Positions 31,064-39,005 of a stretch of 52,495 nucleotides of DNA are shown piece after piece. The stretch is from an uncultured Planctomycetales bacterium. Its GTDB lineage: Bacteria > Omnitrophota > Gorgyraeia > Gygaellales > Profunditerraquicolaceae. Numbering within the stretch: the stretch's first letter is position 1; the number at the start of each line of letters is the position of its first letter. The position numbers were made by a program, and so were the translations under genes. The stretch is taken from the NCBI GenBank assembly GCA_964427405.1, contig CAYRUB010000011.1:1-52495 (forward strand), in the 5' to 3' direction. The notes beneath the pieces were generated by a model that saw only the letters and a list, made by a program, of their open reading frames with translations, was not told where the DNA came from and made no database searches.

Positions 31064-31096
31064 GATGGCACGGCAGGATAAATTAACCGTGCCATC
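31064..31096 (-). other. 10-bp perfect hairpin in the pstS-pstC intergenic region
   Basis: The hairpin is GATGGCACGG-13 nt-CCGTGCCATC with no U-tract. It may be an mRNA stability or processing element. Confidence 0.5.
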
Positions 31097-31118
31097 TCAA
31101 GGTTAGTGAATAAACGCT

Positions 31119-31940
31119 TTATTTTTTCTCCCTTAACCCTACAAAACCATCTTCCTCAACTAATTTTTGCCCTTCATCACTTAAGATAAAGTCAACATAC
31201 TCTTTGACTAAACCTTTAGGTTTTCCATTGGTATACATAAAAAGTGGCCGGGTAACCGGGTATTTTCCGGAAACAACCGTCTCTTTTGAAGGCATCACCC
31301 CGTTAATTTCAACTCCTTTTACCGAAGACGAAAGAAATCCTAATCCCACATAACCTATAGCGCCCGGGGTACCGGCAACGGTAGTAGCAACTGCCTGGTT
31401 AGATGCCTGCATTAAAGCATCAGAGCGGGTTTTATTGCCTTCTAATACCAACGTAAGAAAAGCTTCGAATGTGCCGCTTGAAGTATCCCGCGAGACTACT
31501 ACGATCTTCTTATCGGGTCCACCTAATTGCGACCAGTTAGATATACTGCCCATATAAATATCTTTTACTTGTTTCTTGCTTAATTTGCTAATATTATTTG
31601 ACGGATTAATAATTACCGCTAAACCATCCCAGGCAACGATATTAGCCGTAGCATCAACTCCATTAGTTACTGCTTTATCTAACTCCGTGTCCTTAATCGG
31701 GCGGGAAGAACTAGCGATATCACAGTTTTTATCTAACAATGACGCAATACCTACTCCTGAACCACCGCCGCGCACTGAGATATTAGCTCCGGGATTTTTA
31801 TCCATATAAACTTCTGCTGTTTTTTGGGCAATCGGAAGCACAGTCGTAGAACCTTCAATTACAATCTTCTCTGCATAACAGGGAATAATCAAACCTAAGC
31901 CCAGAATTCCCATTAACGCTAACATTCCAAATCTTTTCAT
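31119..31940 (-). CDS. pstS: phosphate ABC transporter substrate-binding protein PstS
   Basis: A signal peptide is followed by ..GSTTVLP..., ..RGGGSGVG.. and ..SRDTSSGT.., which are phosphate-binding-protein motifs. Confidence 0.9.
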   Translation of the reverse strand: MKRFGMLALMGILGLGLIIPCYAEKIVIEGSTTVLPIAQKTAEVYMDKNPGANISVRGGGSGVGIASLLDKNCDIASSSRPIKDTELDKAVTNGVDATANIVAWDGLAVIINPSNNISKLSKKQVKDIYMGSISNWSQLGGPDKKIVVVSRDTSSGTFEAFLTLVLEGNKTRSDALMQASNQAVATTVAGTPGAIGYVGLGFLSSSVKGVEINGVMPSKETVVSGKYPVTRPLFMYTNGKPKGLVKEYVDFILSDEGQKLVEEDGFVGLREKK

Positions 31941-31971
31941 TTTAACTCTCCTCCTTAATTATTAATACTTA

Positions 31972-33258
31972 TCAGAACTTCATATTTAAATCAAACTGCA
32001 TAAGAGTCTCGGGCTTTGCAGCACTAGAAGTACCGTGATTACCGTTAATTGCCCAACTACGATATACATCAAAACCCAAAGCAACATTTTTAGCTAAACC
32101 GAAACTAATAATACCTTCATGGCTTCTTATGCCAGTTTGACCAGCGTAACGATCGGAATCGGGCAACATATCAAATACAGAATCATTGCCAAGCATGGCA
32201 TAAATATACTTAACCTGCCAATCACCCCACTTTTCGATTTTTTCATTACCAAACTGGAACCCTAGCGAATAACCGGTGTTCTTCTTTGAAACAGCCAAGT
32301 TATTTACATATTCGCCAAAAAACTTTAAATTCTCAACATTCAGGCCTAAAGCTTTAAAAGGCTCTTTTATCGTTAATTCTAACGCGGGATTCAATAAACT
32401 ATAATTATACGCATAGCTTGTACCAATTTTAGTATTATTGCCCTTAGAAAAACTTGAAGCGACTGAACCTTTGGTCTGGAAGTATTCATAACTTACGGCG
32501 CCTTTTAATGAAAGATTCTCATTAATTGCGTAGTTTATTCCCGGCTGCACAAGGAATGCATTTGAGCCAGAAATAGTATTTGTATCAGCCACGAGCACCA
32601 AAGCCCCAGCCTTCATAAATACTGATGTTTTAGGATTTATAGTTTTACTAAACCCAACAACACCGCCTTCCGGAGTTATATCTGTATCCCAGATTAAGTC
32701 TGTCGGCTCCCAAAGCACATCTGGAAGAAGCATCTTTCCGCCAACCAGAGTTAACCAGGGAGTAGGATCATATTTGCCATAAGCATAATCCAGCCGAATA
32801 CCCATTTTAGAAGAATCTCCGCCATCTTTAGCTCCGAAAGAGACATTTGTAGACCGAGGATCTCCATCGGCATTGGTAGCTATACCAACACCTACCTTAA
32901 TCTTATCATTAACCTTACTTTCTAAGCCGAGACGCATACGCACACGGCCTATAGTTGTATTCTTACTTATATCGCCAGCATTTTTTTCGTGAAGATTCTG
33001 AGCTCTTAAACGTAAATCACCCTTAAGTCTGGTATTCATCACCCAAGCCGGCAAAGAAGAAAACTTTCCCTGGGCAATTTCTTTCTTTACCTGTTCCTGA
33101 GTTTCAGTCTTTACCTGCTGCGCCTCTGCTCCGGTTAAAACACCTTTATCCACTAACTTTTGCAATAGCAGGTCAATCTCACCTGCATATGAATCCCGCA
33201 TACCTGCACTCATTAAACAGAAACTTATTACCAAAACCGCAGTAAACAACTTCCTCAT
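31972..33258 (-). CDS. outer-membrane beta-barrel porin, probably phosphate-selective (OprO/OprP-like)
   Basis: It has a signal peptide, an N-terminal LL.KL.DKGVLTG.EA helix, alternating beta-strand patterns and a C-terminal ...FDLNMKF ending in Phe. Its position upstream of pstS supports the call. The specificity is inferred. Confidence 0.6.
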   Translation of the reverse strand: MRKLFTAVLVISFCLMSAGMRDSYAGEIDLLLQKLVDKGVLTGAEAQQVKTETQEQVKKEIAQGKFSSLPAWVMNTRLKGDLRLRAQNLHEKNAGDISKNTTIGRVRMRLGLESKVNDKIKVGVGIATNADGDPRSTNVSFGAKDGGDSSKMGIRLDYAYGKYDPTPWLTLVGGKMLLPDVLWEPTDLIWDTDITPEGGVVGFSKTINPKTSVFMKAGALVLVADTNTISGSNAFLVQPGINYAINENLSLKGAVSYEYFQTKGSVASSFSKGNNTKIGTSYAYNYSLLNPALELTIKEPFKALGLNVENLKFFGEYVNNLAVSKKNTGYSLGFQFGNEKIEKWGDWQVKYIYAMLGNDSVFDMLPDSDRYAGQTGIRSHEGIISFGLAKNVALGFDVYRSWAINGNHGTSSAAKPETLMQFDLNMKF

Positions 33259-33277
33259 TTTTCTTTCCTCCTTTTTG

Positions 33278-33466
33278 TTAATTATTCATACATAACTTGC
33301 GTATCTGGCGCAAATTGAACTCCACTTCTTTTAATGAATCTCTGGCGCATTCGCTATCTATCAATCTCTCTTCCTCTATATTGTCTAATATATTGCTCAA
33401 CCTGCTTAATTGGCTCCTAAGGTTACTAGCTAGAAAATCCTTGCGTATAGGTGACATAGTATTCAT
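33278..33466 (-). CDS. 62-aa hypothetical helical protein
   Basis: The ORF has a strong SD (AAGGAGGG) and is the first gene after a Pho-box-like promoter. I recognise no motif. Confidence 0.5.
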   Translation of the reverse strand: MNTMSPIRKDFLASNLRSQLSRLSNILDNIEEERLIDSECARDSLKEVEFNLRQIRKLCMNN

Positions 33467-33519
33467 TCTTCAGCCCTCCTTTCTTGCGTATTTTTATTAA
33501 TATTACATTTCCCATATTG

Positions 33520-33554
33520 ATTCTAGATTAAGGACAAGTAAAATCCGGGTTAAA
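33520..33554 (-). promoter_or_regulatory. candidate Pho-box promoter (TTTAAC-N5-TTTTAC, then TAGAAT)
   Basis: On the minus strand, TTTAACccggaTTTTAC (33554..33538) has an 11-bp repeat phase. TAGAAT (33525..33520) follows 12 nt downstream and there is no canonical -35. It lies upstream of the 62-aa ORF, porin and pst genes. Confidence 0.45.
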
Positions 33555-33561
33555 TATTAAC

Positions 33562-33963
33562 CTACGGCTTAAACACTGAAAAAACCTTATTCTGCATAGC
33601 CTGAACTTCTTTGGCTACCTCTATCAATGTCCCCACCTTAAAAGGCTTGCTTAAATAACAATCCGCTCCCAAGATATGCGCATAAAGTTTGTCCTGGCTG
33701 CTGCTTCTTGCGCTTATAACGATAATAAATGACCTAGACGAACTATCGCTTTCTTTAATTTCTTTGCATATATCAAAACCGTTAATCCCGGGTAACATTA
33801 TATCGAGTATTACTATGTCAAAATATGCGCTTCTTAATCTCTCGATAGCCTCATCGCCATCAAAAGCCTGCTCAACTATAAATCCTTCTTTCTTTAAGTT
33901 ATAAACGATGAGCTTATTAATATCAGGATCATCTTCTATAACTATGATCTTATTATTAAACAT
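33562..33963 (-). CDS. stand-alone response-regulator receiver domain (CheY-like)
   Basis: The 133-aa protein begins IIVIEDDPDI and has ..DIVILDIMLPGINGF.. (the phospho-acceptor Asp context). There is no output domain. The SD is GAAGGAGGA. Confidence 0.85.
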   Translation of the reverse strand: MFNNKIIVIEDDPDINKLIVYNLKKEGFIVEQAFDGDEAIERLRSAYFDIVILDIMLPGINGFDICKEIKESDSSSRSFIIVISARSSSQDKLYAHILGADCYLSKPFKVGTLIEVAKEVQAMQNKVFSVFKP

Positions 33964-34108
33964 AGGCCGTTCCTCCTTCTATGGAACTATTCCTGCGCGT
34001 AGACTCATAATAAAACTTATCCATTATTTCAAGTTCTTCGAGGATGATTTGCCTTAGGCACTTACGCAGGCTAAGAAACAAACTGTATATTTTATTCTTC
34101 ATGGCCTA

Positions 34109-34163
34109 AGTATAAAACCAGGAGGTTAAATCCGCTTCAAGGGTAAGTAAAATCCGGGTAAAA
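34109..34163 (-). promoter_or_regulatory. candidate Pho-box promoter (TTTTAC-N5-TTTTAC-N16-TTTAAC, then TATACT)
   Basis: The minus strand reads TTTTACccggaTTTTAC (34163..34147). A third TTTAAC (34130..34125) is phased 22 nt further on, and TATACT (34114..34109) lies 10 nt after it. The core CCGGATTTTACTT is shared with the site at 33538-33554. Confidence 0.4.
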
Positions 34164-34198
34164 TAAAAAACGCCCCTTTATGAAGCTTAAGGAGCGTT
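34161..34198 (-). terminator. intrinsic terminator after phoR
   Basis: On the minus strand, AACGCTCC-13 nt-GGGGCGTT (one G-U pair) is followed by TTTTTATTTT. Confidence 0.6.
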
Positions 34199-34225
34199 CT
34201 TTATGATTAAATTGAAAGTTCTATT

Positions 34226-36019
34226 TTATTTAACGGGAAGATTAAACCAGAATTTTGAGCCGAGGCCTTCGGTACTTTCCACCCCGACCGAGCCGCCGTG
34301 CAGCTCTACAATATGTTTTACAATTGAAAGCCCAAGGCCGGTTCCGCCAAGCTGGCGTGAACGCGCTTTATCAACGCGGTAAAACCGCTCAAAGATACGC
34401 GGAATATCCTTTTGCGGGATGCCCATTCCGGAATCTTCAATTATGACTTTTATATTACCGCTATAGTCCTGACTGTATATTTTAATCAAACCCTTATCTT
34501 TATTGAACTTGATAGCATTATCAATCAGATTAACTAAAACCTGCTCCAGCCTGTTTTTATCGCCATTAATTATGAGCTCTTGCGGCAATTGATTTGTAAC
34601 TTCTATACCTTTACTTTTAAGCTGAGACTTAAAACCGGTAATCACCTCTTTAACCTGATTGCTTAAACTAAACTCACTCTTATCAATTACTATCCCTTTT
34701 GACTCAATATGCGATAATGATAAAAGATCATTTACAAGGCTATCCAACCGGTTTGCATGCTCAAGAATTATCTTTAGAAAATTACGGTTATTTTCTTTGT
34801 CTTCTAATGCCCCCTCAAGAAGCGTCTCCACAAACCCCTTAATAGATGTAAGCGGAGTTTTTAATTCATGCGAAACATTCGCCACAAAATCACGGCGCAT
34901 TGTTTCTAAGCGCCTTATCCCGGTTATATCATGGATAACCACAATACATCCGCTTACAAAACCACTCTCAAAGATTGGAGTAGCGTTAACTTCAAAAATA
35001 CTCTGTAGCGGATAAACAAGCGTCATTTCTTCAGAAACCTGCTTTCCTGTTTTAATAGTCTGGCTGATTACTTCGGCAATATCATTATTATGAATTACCT
35101 CCAGGAAAATCTCGCCCTCTACAACTTGCCTGGTAATCCCGAATATTTTCTCAATCGCCTGATTAATCGATACTATACGAGCATGCCTATCCGTAACAAT
35201 TACCCCTTCAATCATGCTGTTAAAAATAGCATTTAATTGCTGACCCTGAACGCTAACATCCTTAACCTTATCCTCTATATCCTTGGCCATCTTATTTAAC
35301 GTATCGGCAAGCTCACCAATTTCATCCTTAGAGTCATAGTATATTCTATGCGCAAACTCTCCGGCTGAGAACTTTCGGGAAACATGTATGATTTTATTAA
35401 TCGGTTTAATAATACCTGAGGTTAGCACTGTACCCAAAATAATCGCCATGCCTAATGCAAAGATAATGCTGAAGATAACTGAGTTTCTAATACCATTAAG
35501 GGTCTTCTCTACATTGGCAAGAGACAAGGCTAGCCTGATAACCCCGGTTATGCCTTCCCTGGCTTTAATTGGGACCGCAACGTATAACATATTTATCTTA
35601 AGTGTCGATGAATAACGTATCTCTTCTCCCGCAAAACCGGCCAAAGCTGACTTTATCTCAGGACGACTGGCATGGTTCTCCATATCGGGGATATCTTTTA
35701 GGGTTTTCTGAGAATCAGCCAGGACTTGGCCCTTAGTATCCACGATGGTAATACGGGATTTTATTTTTGAGCTTAAATCTTTAACTAAAGTCTCCAGGGC
35801 AGATATCTCAATCTGATTAATCGGCTTATAAGAAAGTTGATCCCCAATCAACTGCGCCTGGTTAATCAGGGAGGATTTAAGATCGCGCAAAGAATTCTCT
35901 TCTAAATTTTTATCCAGAAAAAAGGCGAATAATCCGAATGTAAATATAATTACAAGCACATAGGAAAGGATTAATTTAAATTTCAGGCTTTTAATCTTCA
36001 TATTCAAACCTGTAGCCAT
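34226..36019 (-). CDS. phoR: PhoR-like sensor histidine kinase (TM-HAMP-PAS-HisKA-HATPase)
   Basis: The H-box is FVANVSHELKTPLTSI, the N box is NLIDNAIKF, and the G boxes are DSGMGI and GGTGLGLSIV. The start could alternatively be the ATG at 36001. Confidence 0.85.
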   Translation of the reverse strand: MATGLNMKIKSLKFKLILSYVLVIIFTFGLFAFFLDKNLEENSLRDLKSSLINQAQLIGDQLSYKPINQIEISALETLVKDLSSKIKSRITIVDTKGQVLADSQKTLKDIPDMENHASRPEIKSALAGFAGEEIRYSSTLKINMLYVAVPIKAREGITGVIRLALSLANVEKTLNGIRNSVIFSIIFALGMAIILGTVLTSGIIKPINKIIHVSRKFSAGEFAHRIYYDSKDEIGELADTLNKMAKDIEDKVKDVSVQGQQLNAIFNSMIEGVIVTDRHARIVSINQAIEKIFGITRQVVEGEIFLEVIHNNDIAEVISQTIKTGKQVSEEMTLVYPLQSIFEVNATPIFESGFVSGCIVVIHDITGIRRLETMRRDFVANVSHELKTPLTSIKGFVETLLEGALEDKENNRNFLKIILEHANRLDSLVNDLLSLSHIESKGIVIDKSEFSLSNQVKEVITGFKSQLKSKGIEVTNQLPQELIINGDKNRLEQVLVNLIDNAIKFNKDKGLIKIYSQDYSGNIKVIIEDSGMGIPQKDIPRIFERFYRVDKARSRQLGGTGLGLSIVKHIVELHGGSVGVESTEGLGSKFWFNLPVK

Positions 36020-36683
36020 AATTTTTAACAGTAACGATATATTTTGCCGCAGTTTTTAACTTCTTACGCAAAGTCCTGATATGCACATCTACGGTGCGGG
36101 TTTGAATTTCTATCGCGTGATCAAAACCCCAGATATTATCCAAAAGGTAATCACGTGATAAAACTCTTCCCTTTGCCTTGATTAAAGTCTTCAAAAGCTC
36201 AAATTCCTTTGCCGCAAGCTCAACCGGTTTATCTTTGACAGTAACCACAATTTTAGATAAATCCATCGCCAGATCGCCCATCTTTAAAATCTCGGGAAGC
36301 TTATCTTTTTCCTTTCCCCGGCGTAACACCGCCTTTATCCGGGCAACAAGCTCTCTAGGGCTAAAAGGCTTGGTCATGTAATCATCAGCGCCTAATTCAA
36401 GACCTACGATCTTATCCGATTCCTGAGCTTTAGCTGTAAGTATAATAACCGGAACAGATGCTGTTTTAACATTACTCTTGAGCTCCTTGCAAACCTCTAA
36501 GCCATCAATACCAGGAAGCATTAAATCCAGGATAACAAGGTCAGGGTTTTTTCTAACCGCTAAATCTAACGCATACTCACCATCATAAGCAGAGAGAGTT
36601 TTAAACCCTTCTTTCTTGAGATTATACTCAAGCATTTTTACTATATCTTTCTCATCCTCTATAATTAATATCGTCTCTTTCAT
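35991..36683 (-). CDS. phoB: OmpR/PhoB-family response regulator
   Basis: The receiver contains ..DLVILDLMLPGIDG.. and the winged-helix output contains ..LT.KEFELL..L......V.SR..L......G.......RTVDVHI..LRKK.. Confidence 0.9.
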   Translation of the reverse strand: MKETILIIEDEKDIVKMLEYNLKKEGFKTLSAYDGEYALDLAVRKNPDLVILDLMLPGIDGLEVCKELKSNVKTASVPVIILTAKAQESDKIVGLELGADDYMTKPFSPRELVARIKAVLRRGKEKDKLPEILKMGDLAMDLSKIVVTVKDKPVELAAKEFELLKTLIKAKGRVLSRDYLLDNIWGFDHAIEIQTRTVDVHIRTLRKKLKTAAKYIVTVKNYGYRFEYED

Positions 36684-36706
36684 TCTGTCTCCTCACATGG
36701 AAGGTT

Positions 36707-36943
36707 TCAATAGTTAAAAAGGTCCTTTAATGTATACGGCTTATTCGCAGCCTTGCTCAAGGCATTAAGCAGTCGGTATTGGATTTTTAAATTCAAACGC
36801 CTACCCTTGACTGCGCGGCTGACCATCTTATGCGTAATCTGTTCGGTTGAGCTACTCACCAAATCATGCGGCTTAAATCCACACTCAGCCATAATCTTGG
36901 CAATCGGCTGTTCCCCAAGGTCTCGTTCTATTTCTTTATTCAT
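36707..36943 (-). CDS. 78-aa hypothetical protein
   Basis: The ORF lies just upstream of phoB. It has no recognisable SD or motif, and coding status rests on ORF length and position only. Confidence 0.4.
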   Translation of the reverse strand: MNKEIERDLGEQPIAKIMAECGFKPHDLVSSSTEQITHKMVSRAVKGRRLNLKIQYRLLNALSKAANKPYTLKDLFNY

Positions 36944-37008
36944 AATAATAGTAAATAACAGTTAAAACAACCCTCTTCTTTAAGCGGATGGATTGGCTTA
37001 ATACTATC

Positions 37009-37036
37009 TTGACAATACCGTAATTTCAAGTATACT
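37009..37036 (+). promoter_or_regulatory. sigma70-type promoter of rpmB
   Basis: TTGACA (37009-37014) is followed by a 16-nt spacer and TATACT (37031-37036). Confidence 0.5.
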
Positions 37037-37065
37037 TAATAAACTAAATTGAAAGGGAACTCAAA

Positions 37066-37317
37066 ATGCTTAAAAAATGTGTAATCTGCAAAAAAGGCTC
37101 ACTTAACGGAAAAGTTTTAGCCAGAAAAGGCCAGTATAAAGCTAAAGGCGGAACCGGTTCAAAGATCGCCCGCTGGTCCAAGCGCAAATTTCTTCCCAAT
37201 CTTCAGAAAATGCGCATACTGGTTAAAGGTATACCTCAGAGTGTGTTTATCTGCACTAAGTGCATCAAAAAAGGTGATTTCAAAAAAGCCGTTCCCAGAG
37301 TTAAACCCACTATTTAA
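37066..37317 (+). CDS. rpmB: 50S ribosomal protein L28
   Basis: The sequence ..C.IC.KG...G......K.....RW.KRKFLPNLQKMRILV.. matches the L28 core (RRxxPNLQ). It is somewhat longer than typical L28. Confidence 0.8.
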   Translation: MLKKCVICKKGSLNGKVLARKGQYKAKGGTGSKIARWSKRKFLPNLQKMRILVKGIPQSVFICTKCIKKGDFKKAVPRVKPTI

Positions 37318-38998
37318 AGAATATATCTTTGGCCTCAAGGATCAAGGATTCATCCTGCCGCCAGCTGTCTATCTTCGGGGTATAAACCAAATCGAATGTT
37401 TCTGCCTGCATAAGGCTGTTTAGCAAACCAGCCATTCCAAAACCAATAACCTGACAAGTAGCCTTGCCGTCAGTTATCCAGAATTTAAGCGTCTCACGGC
37501 TTAAACTTTGCACCTGGCCTTTTAGCTTAAGGCCACGCGTATAAAATAAAGGCTCAGGATTAGCCATGCCAAATGGCTCTAAAGATTCCAGCTCCCTGAC
37601 CATCGGCTCATTTAAATCACTCAAAAAAAGCTCCGCGTCAATATCTATGCTAGGAAGCAAATCATCAAAATCCAGGCGATCATTGGCCAGTTTATTAATG
37701 CTCTTCCTGAATTCATCAATATTATCTTTAGTAATTAACAGCCCGGCAGCATGGGCATGCCCGCCAAAGCTATCCAAAAGCTCTTTGCAATCCACCAACG
37801 CATCAAAAAGATGGAAATTTTTAATTGAACGCGCCGAACCCTTGCATAAATTTTCATTTAGCGATATCACTATTGCCGGACGGTAAAACCTGTCAGCAAG
37901 CTTTGAAGCAACGATCCCCAACACACCCTGATGCCAATCATCTTTGGCAATTACAATTACCTTTTGCTCCTTAAAATTCATTTCGCGGTTAATCATCTCC
38001 TCCGCTTCTTCTAAAATCTTAGCTTCCACTTTCTGACGCTGGCGGTTAAACTGCTCAAGCTCTTTGGCTAAACCTTGAGCCTCTGCATAACTTTGGCTCA
38101 TCAACAGTTTTAAAGACAATTCGGCGCTCCCCATCCTGCCGGAGGCATTTAAACGCGGAGCAATAATAAAACTTACATAAGTAGAATTAAACTTTTTGTT
38201 TTTAATCCCCGCTTTATCAATTATTGCGCGCAGCCCCTCTCTTTTGGTATCCGGCAAACGCAATAACCCTTCTTTGGCAATAATGCGATTCTCTCCGTTT
38301 AAGGGAACGCTGTCAGCAATAGTGCCTAAAGTAACCAGGTCTAAATCTTCGCTAAGCAAAGAACCGCTTATCGCCTGGCAAAATTTATAAGCTACTCCCA
38401 CTCCGGCTAAATCCCTAAAAGGATAGCCGGAATTCTTAAGCTTAGGATTAATCAGGCTTGAGGCTGCGGGTAAACCTGCGCCCTGCGGCTCATGGTGGTC
38501 AGTAACAATTACATCGATATTTGCCTGCCTTAGGCCTTCCACTTCTTTATGGTTAGCTGTGCCGCAGTCTGCCGTAATCATAAGTTTGACCTTATTTTCT
38601 TTGGCAAAAGTGATTATCTCTTTATTTAAACCATAGCCTTCGGTAATGCGATGCGGGATATGATGCAGGACATCCAGGCCCAATGAAACAAGCGTATTCT
38701 TGACTAAAACCGTGCTGGTTATGCCGTCAACATCATAGTCTCCAAAAACCATGACCTTCTCTTTATTCTCCACCGCCTTCTTAACTAGGGCAACTGCCTT
38801 AGGCATATCGGAAAATAATTGCGGACTAAGTAAATCATCCATGCCGGCCTTAAGGAATTTTTCTGCTTCGGCAGTAGATTTTACTTTACGGTTAACCAAG
38901 ACCTGGGCCAGAATTTTAGAGATACCTAATTCTTTGGACAGTTGATTTTGCAGGTGGATGTGCGGAGTGGCTAAACTTAAAACTTTGTGGCTTGCCAT
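37310..38998 (-). CDS. recJ: single-stranded-DNA-specific exonuclease RecJ
   Basis: DHH-family motifs are present: VFGDYDVDGITS, ITADCG and VTDHH. A DHHA1 domain follows (..GGHAHAAG..). Confidence 0.9.
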   Translation of the reverse strand: MASHKVLSLATPHIHLQNQLSKELGISKILAQVLVNRKVKSTAEAEKFLKAGMDDLLSPQLFSDMPKAVALVKKAVENKEKVMVFGDYDVDGITSTVLVKNTLVSLGLDVLHHIPHRITEGYGLNKEIITFAKENKVKLMITADCGTANHKEVEGLRQANIDVIVTDHHEPQGAGLPAASSLINPKLKNSGYPFRDLAGVGVAYKFCQAISGSLLSEDLDLVTLGTIADSVPLNGENRIIAKEGLLRLPDTKREGLRAIIDKAGIKNKKFNSTYVSFIIAPRLNASGRMGSAELSLKLLMSQSYAEAQGLAKELEQFNRQRQKVEAKILEEAEEMINREMNFKEQKVIVIAKDDWHQGVLGIVASKLADRFYRPAIVISLNENLCKGSARSIKNFHLFDALVDCKELLDSFGGHAHAAGLLITKDNIDEFRKSINKLANDRLDFDDLLPSIDIDAELFLSDLNEPMVRELESLEPFGMANPEPLFYTRGLKLKGQVQSLSRETLKFWITDGKATCQVIGFGMAGLLNSLMQAETFDLVYTPKIDSWRQDESLILEAKDIFFK

Positions 38999-39005
38999 AA
39001 AAAGT

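Noticed and set aside
33956-34102. A 48-aa minus-strand ORF (MKNKIYSLFLSLRKCLRQIILEELEIMDKFYYESTRRNSSIEGGTAYV) overlaps the start of the orphan receiver gene.
   Set aside because: It has no SD, and its ATG lies only about 6 nt after the predicted -10. Its 3' end contains the strong receiver SD. It could at best be a leaderless uORF, which is not supportable from sequence alone.
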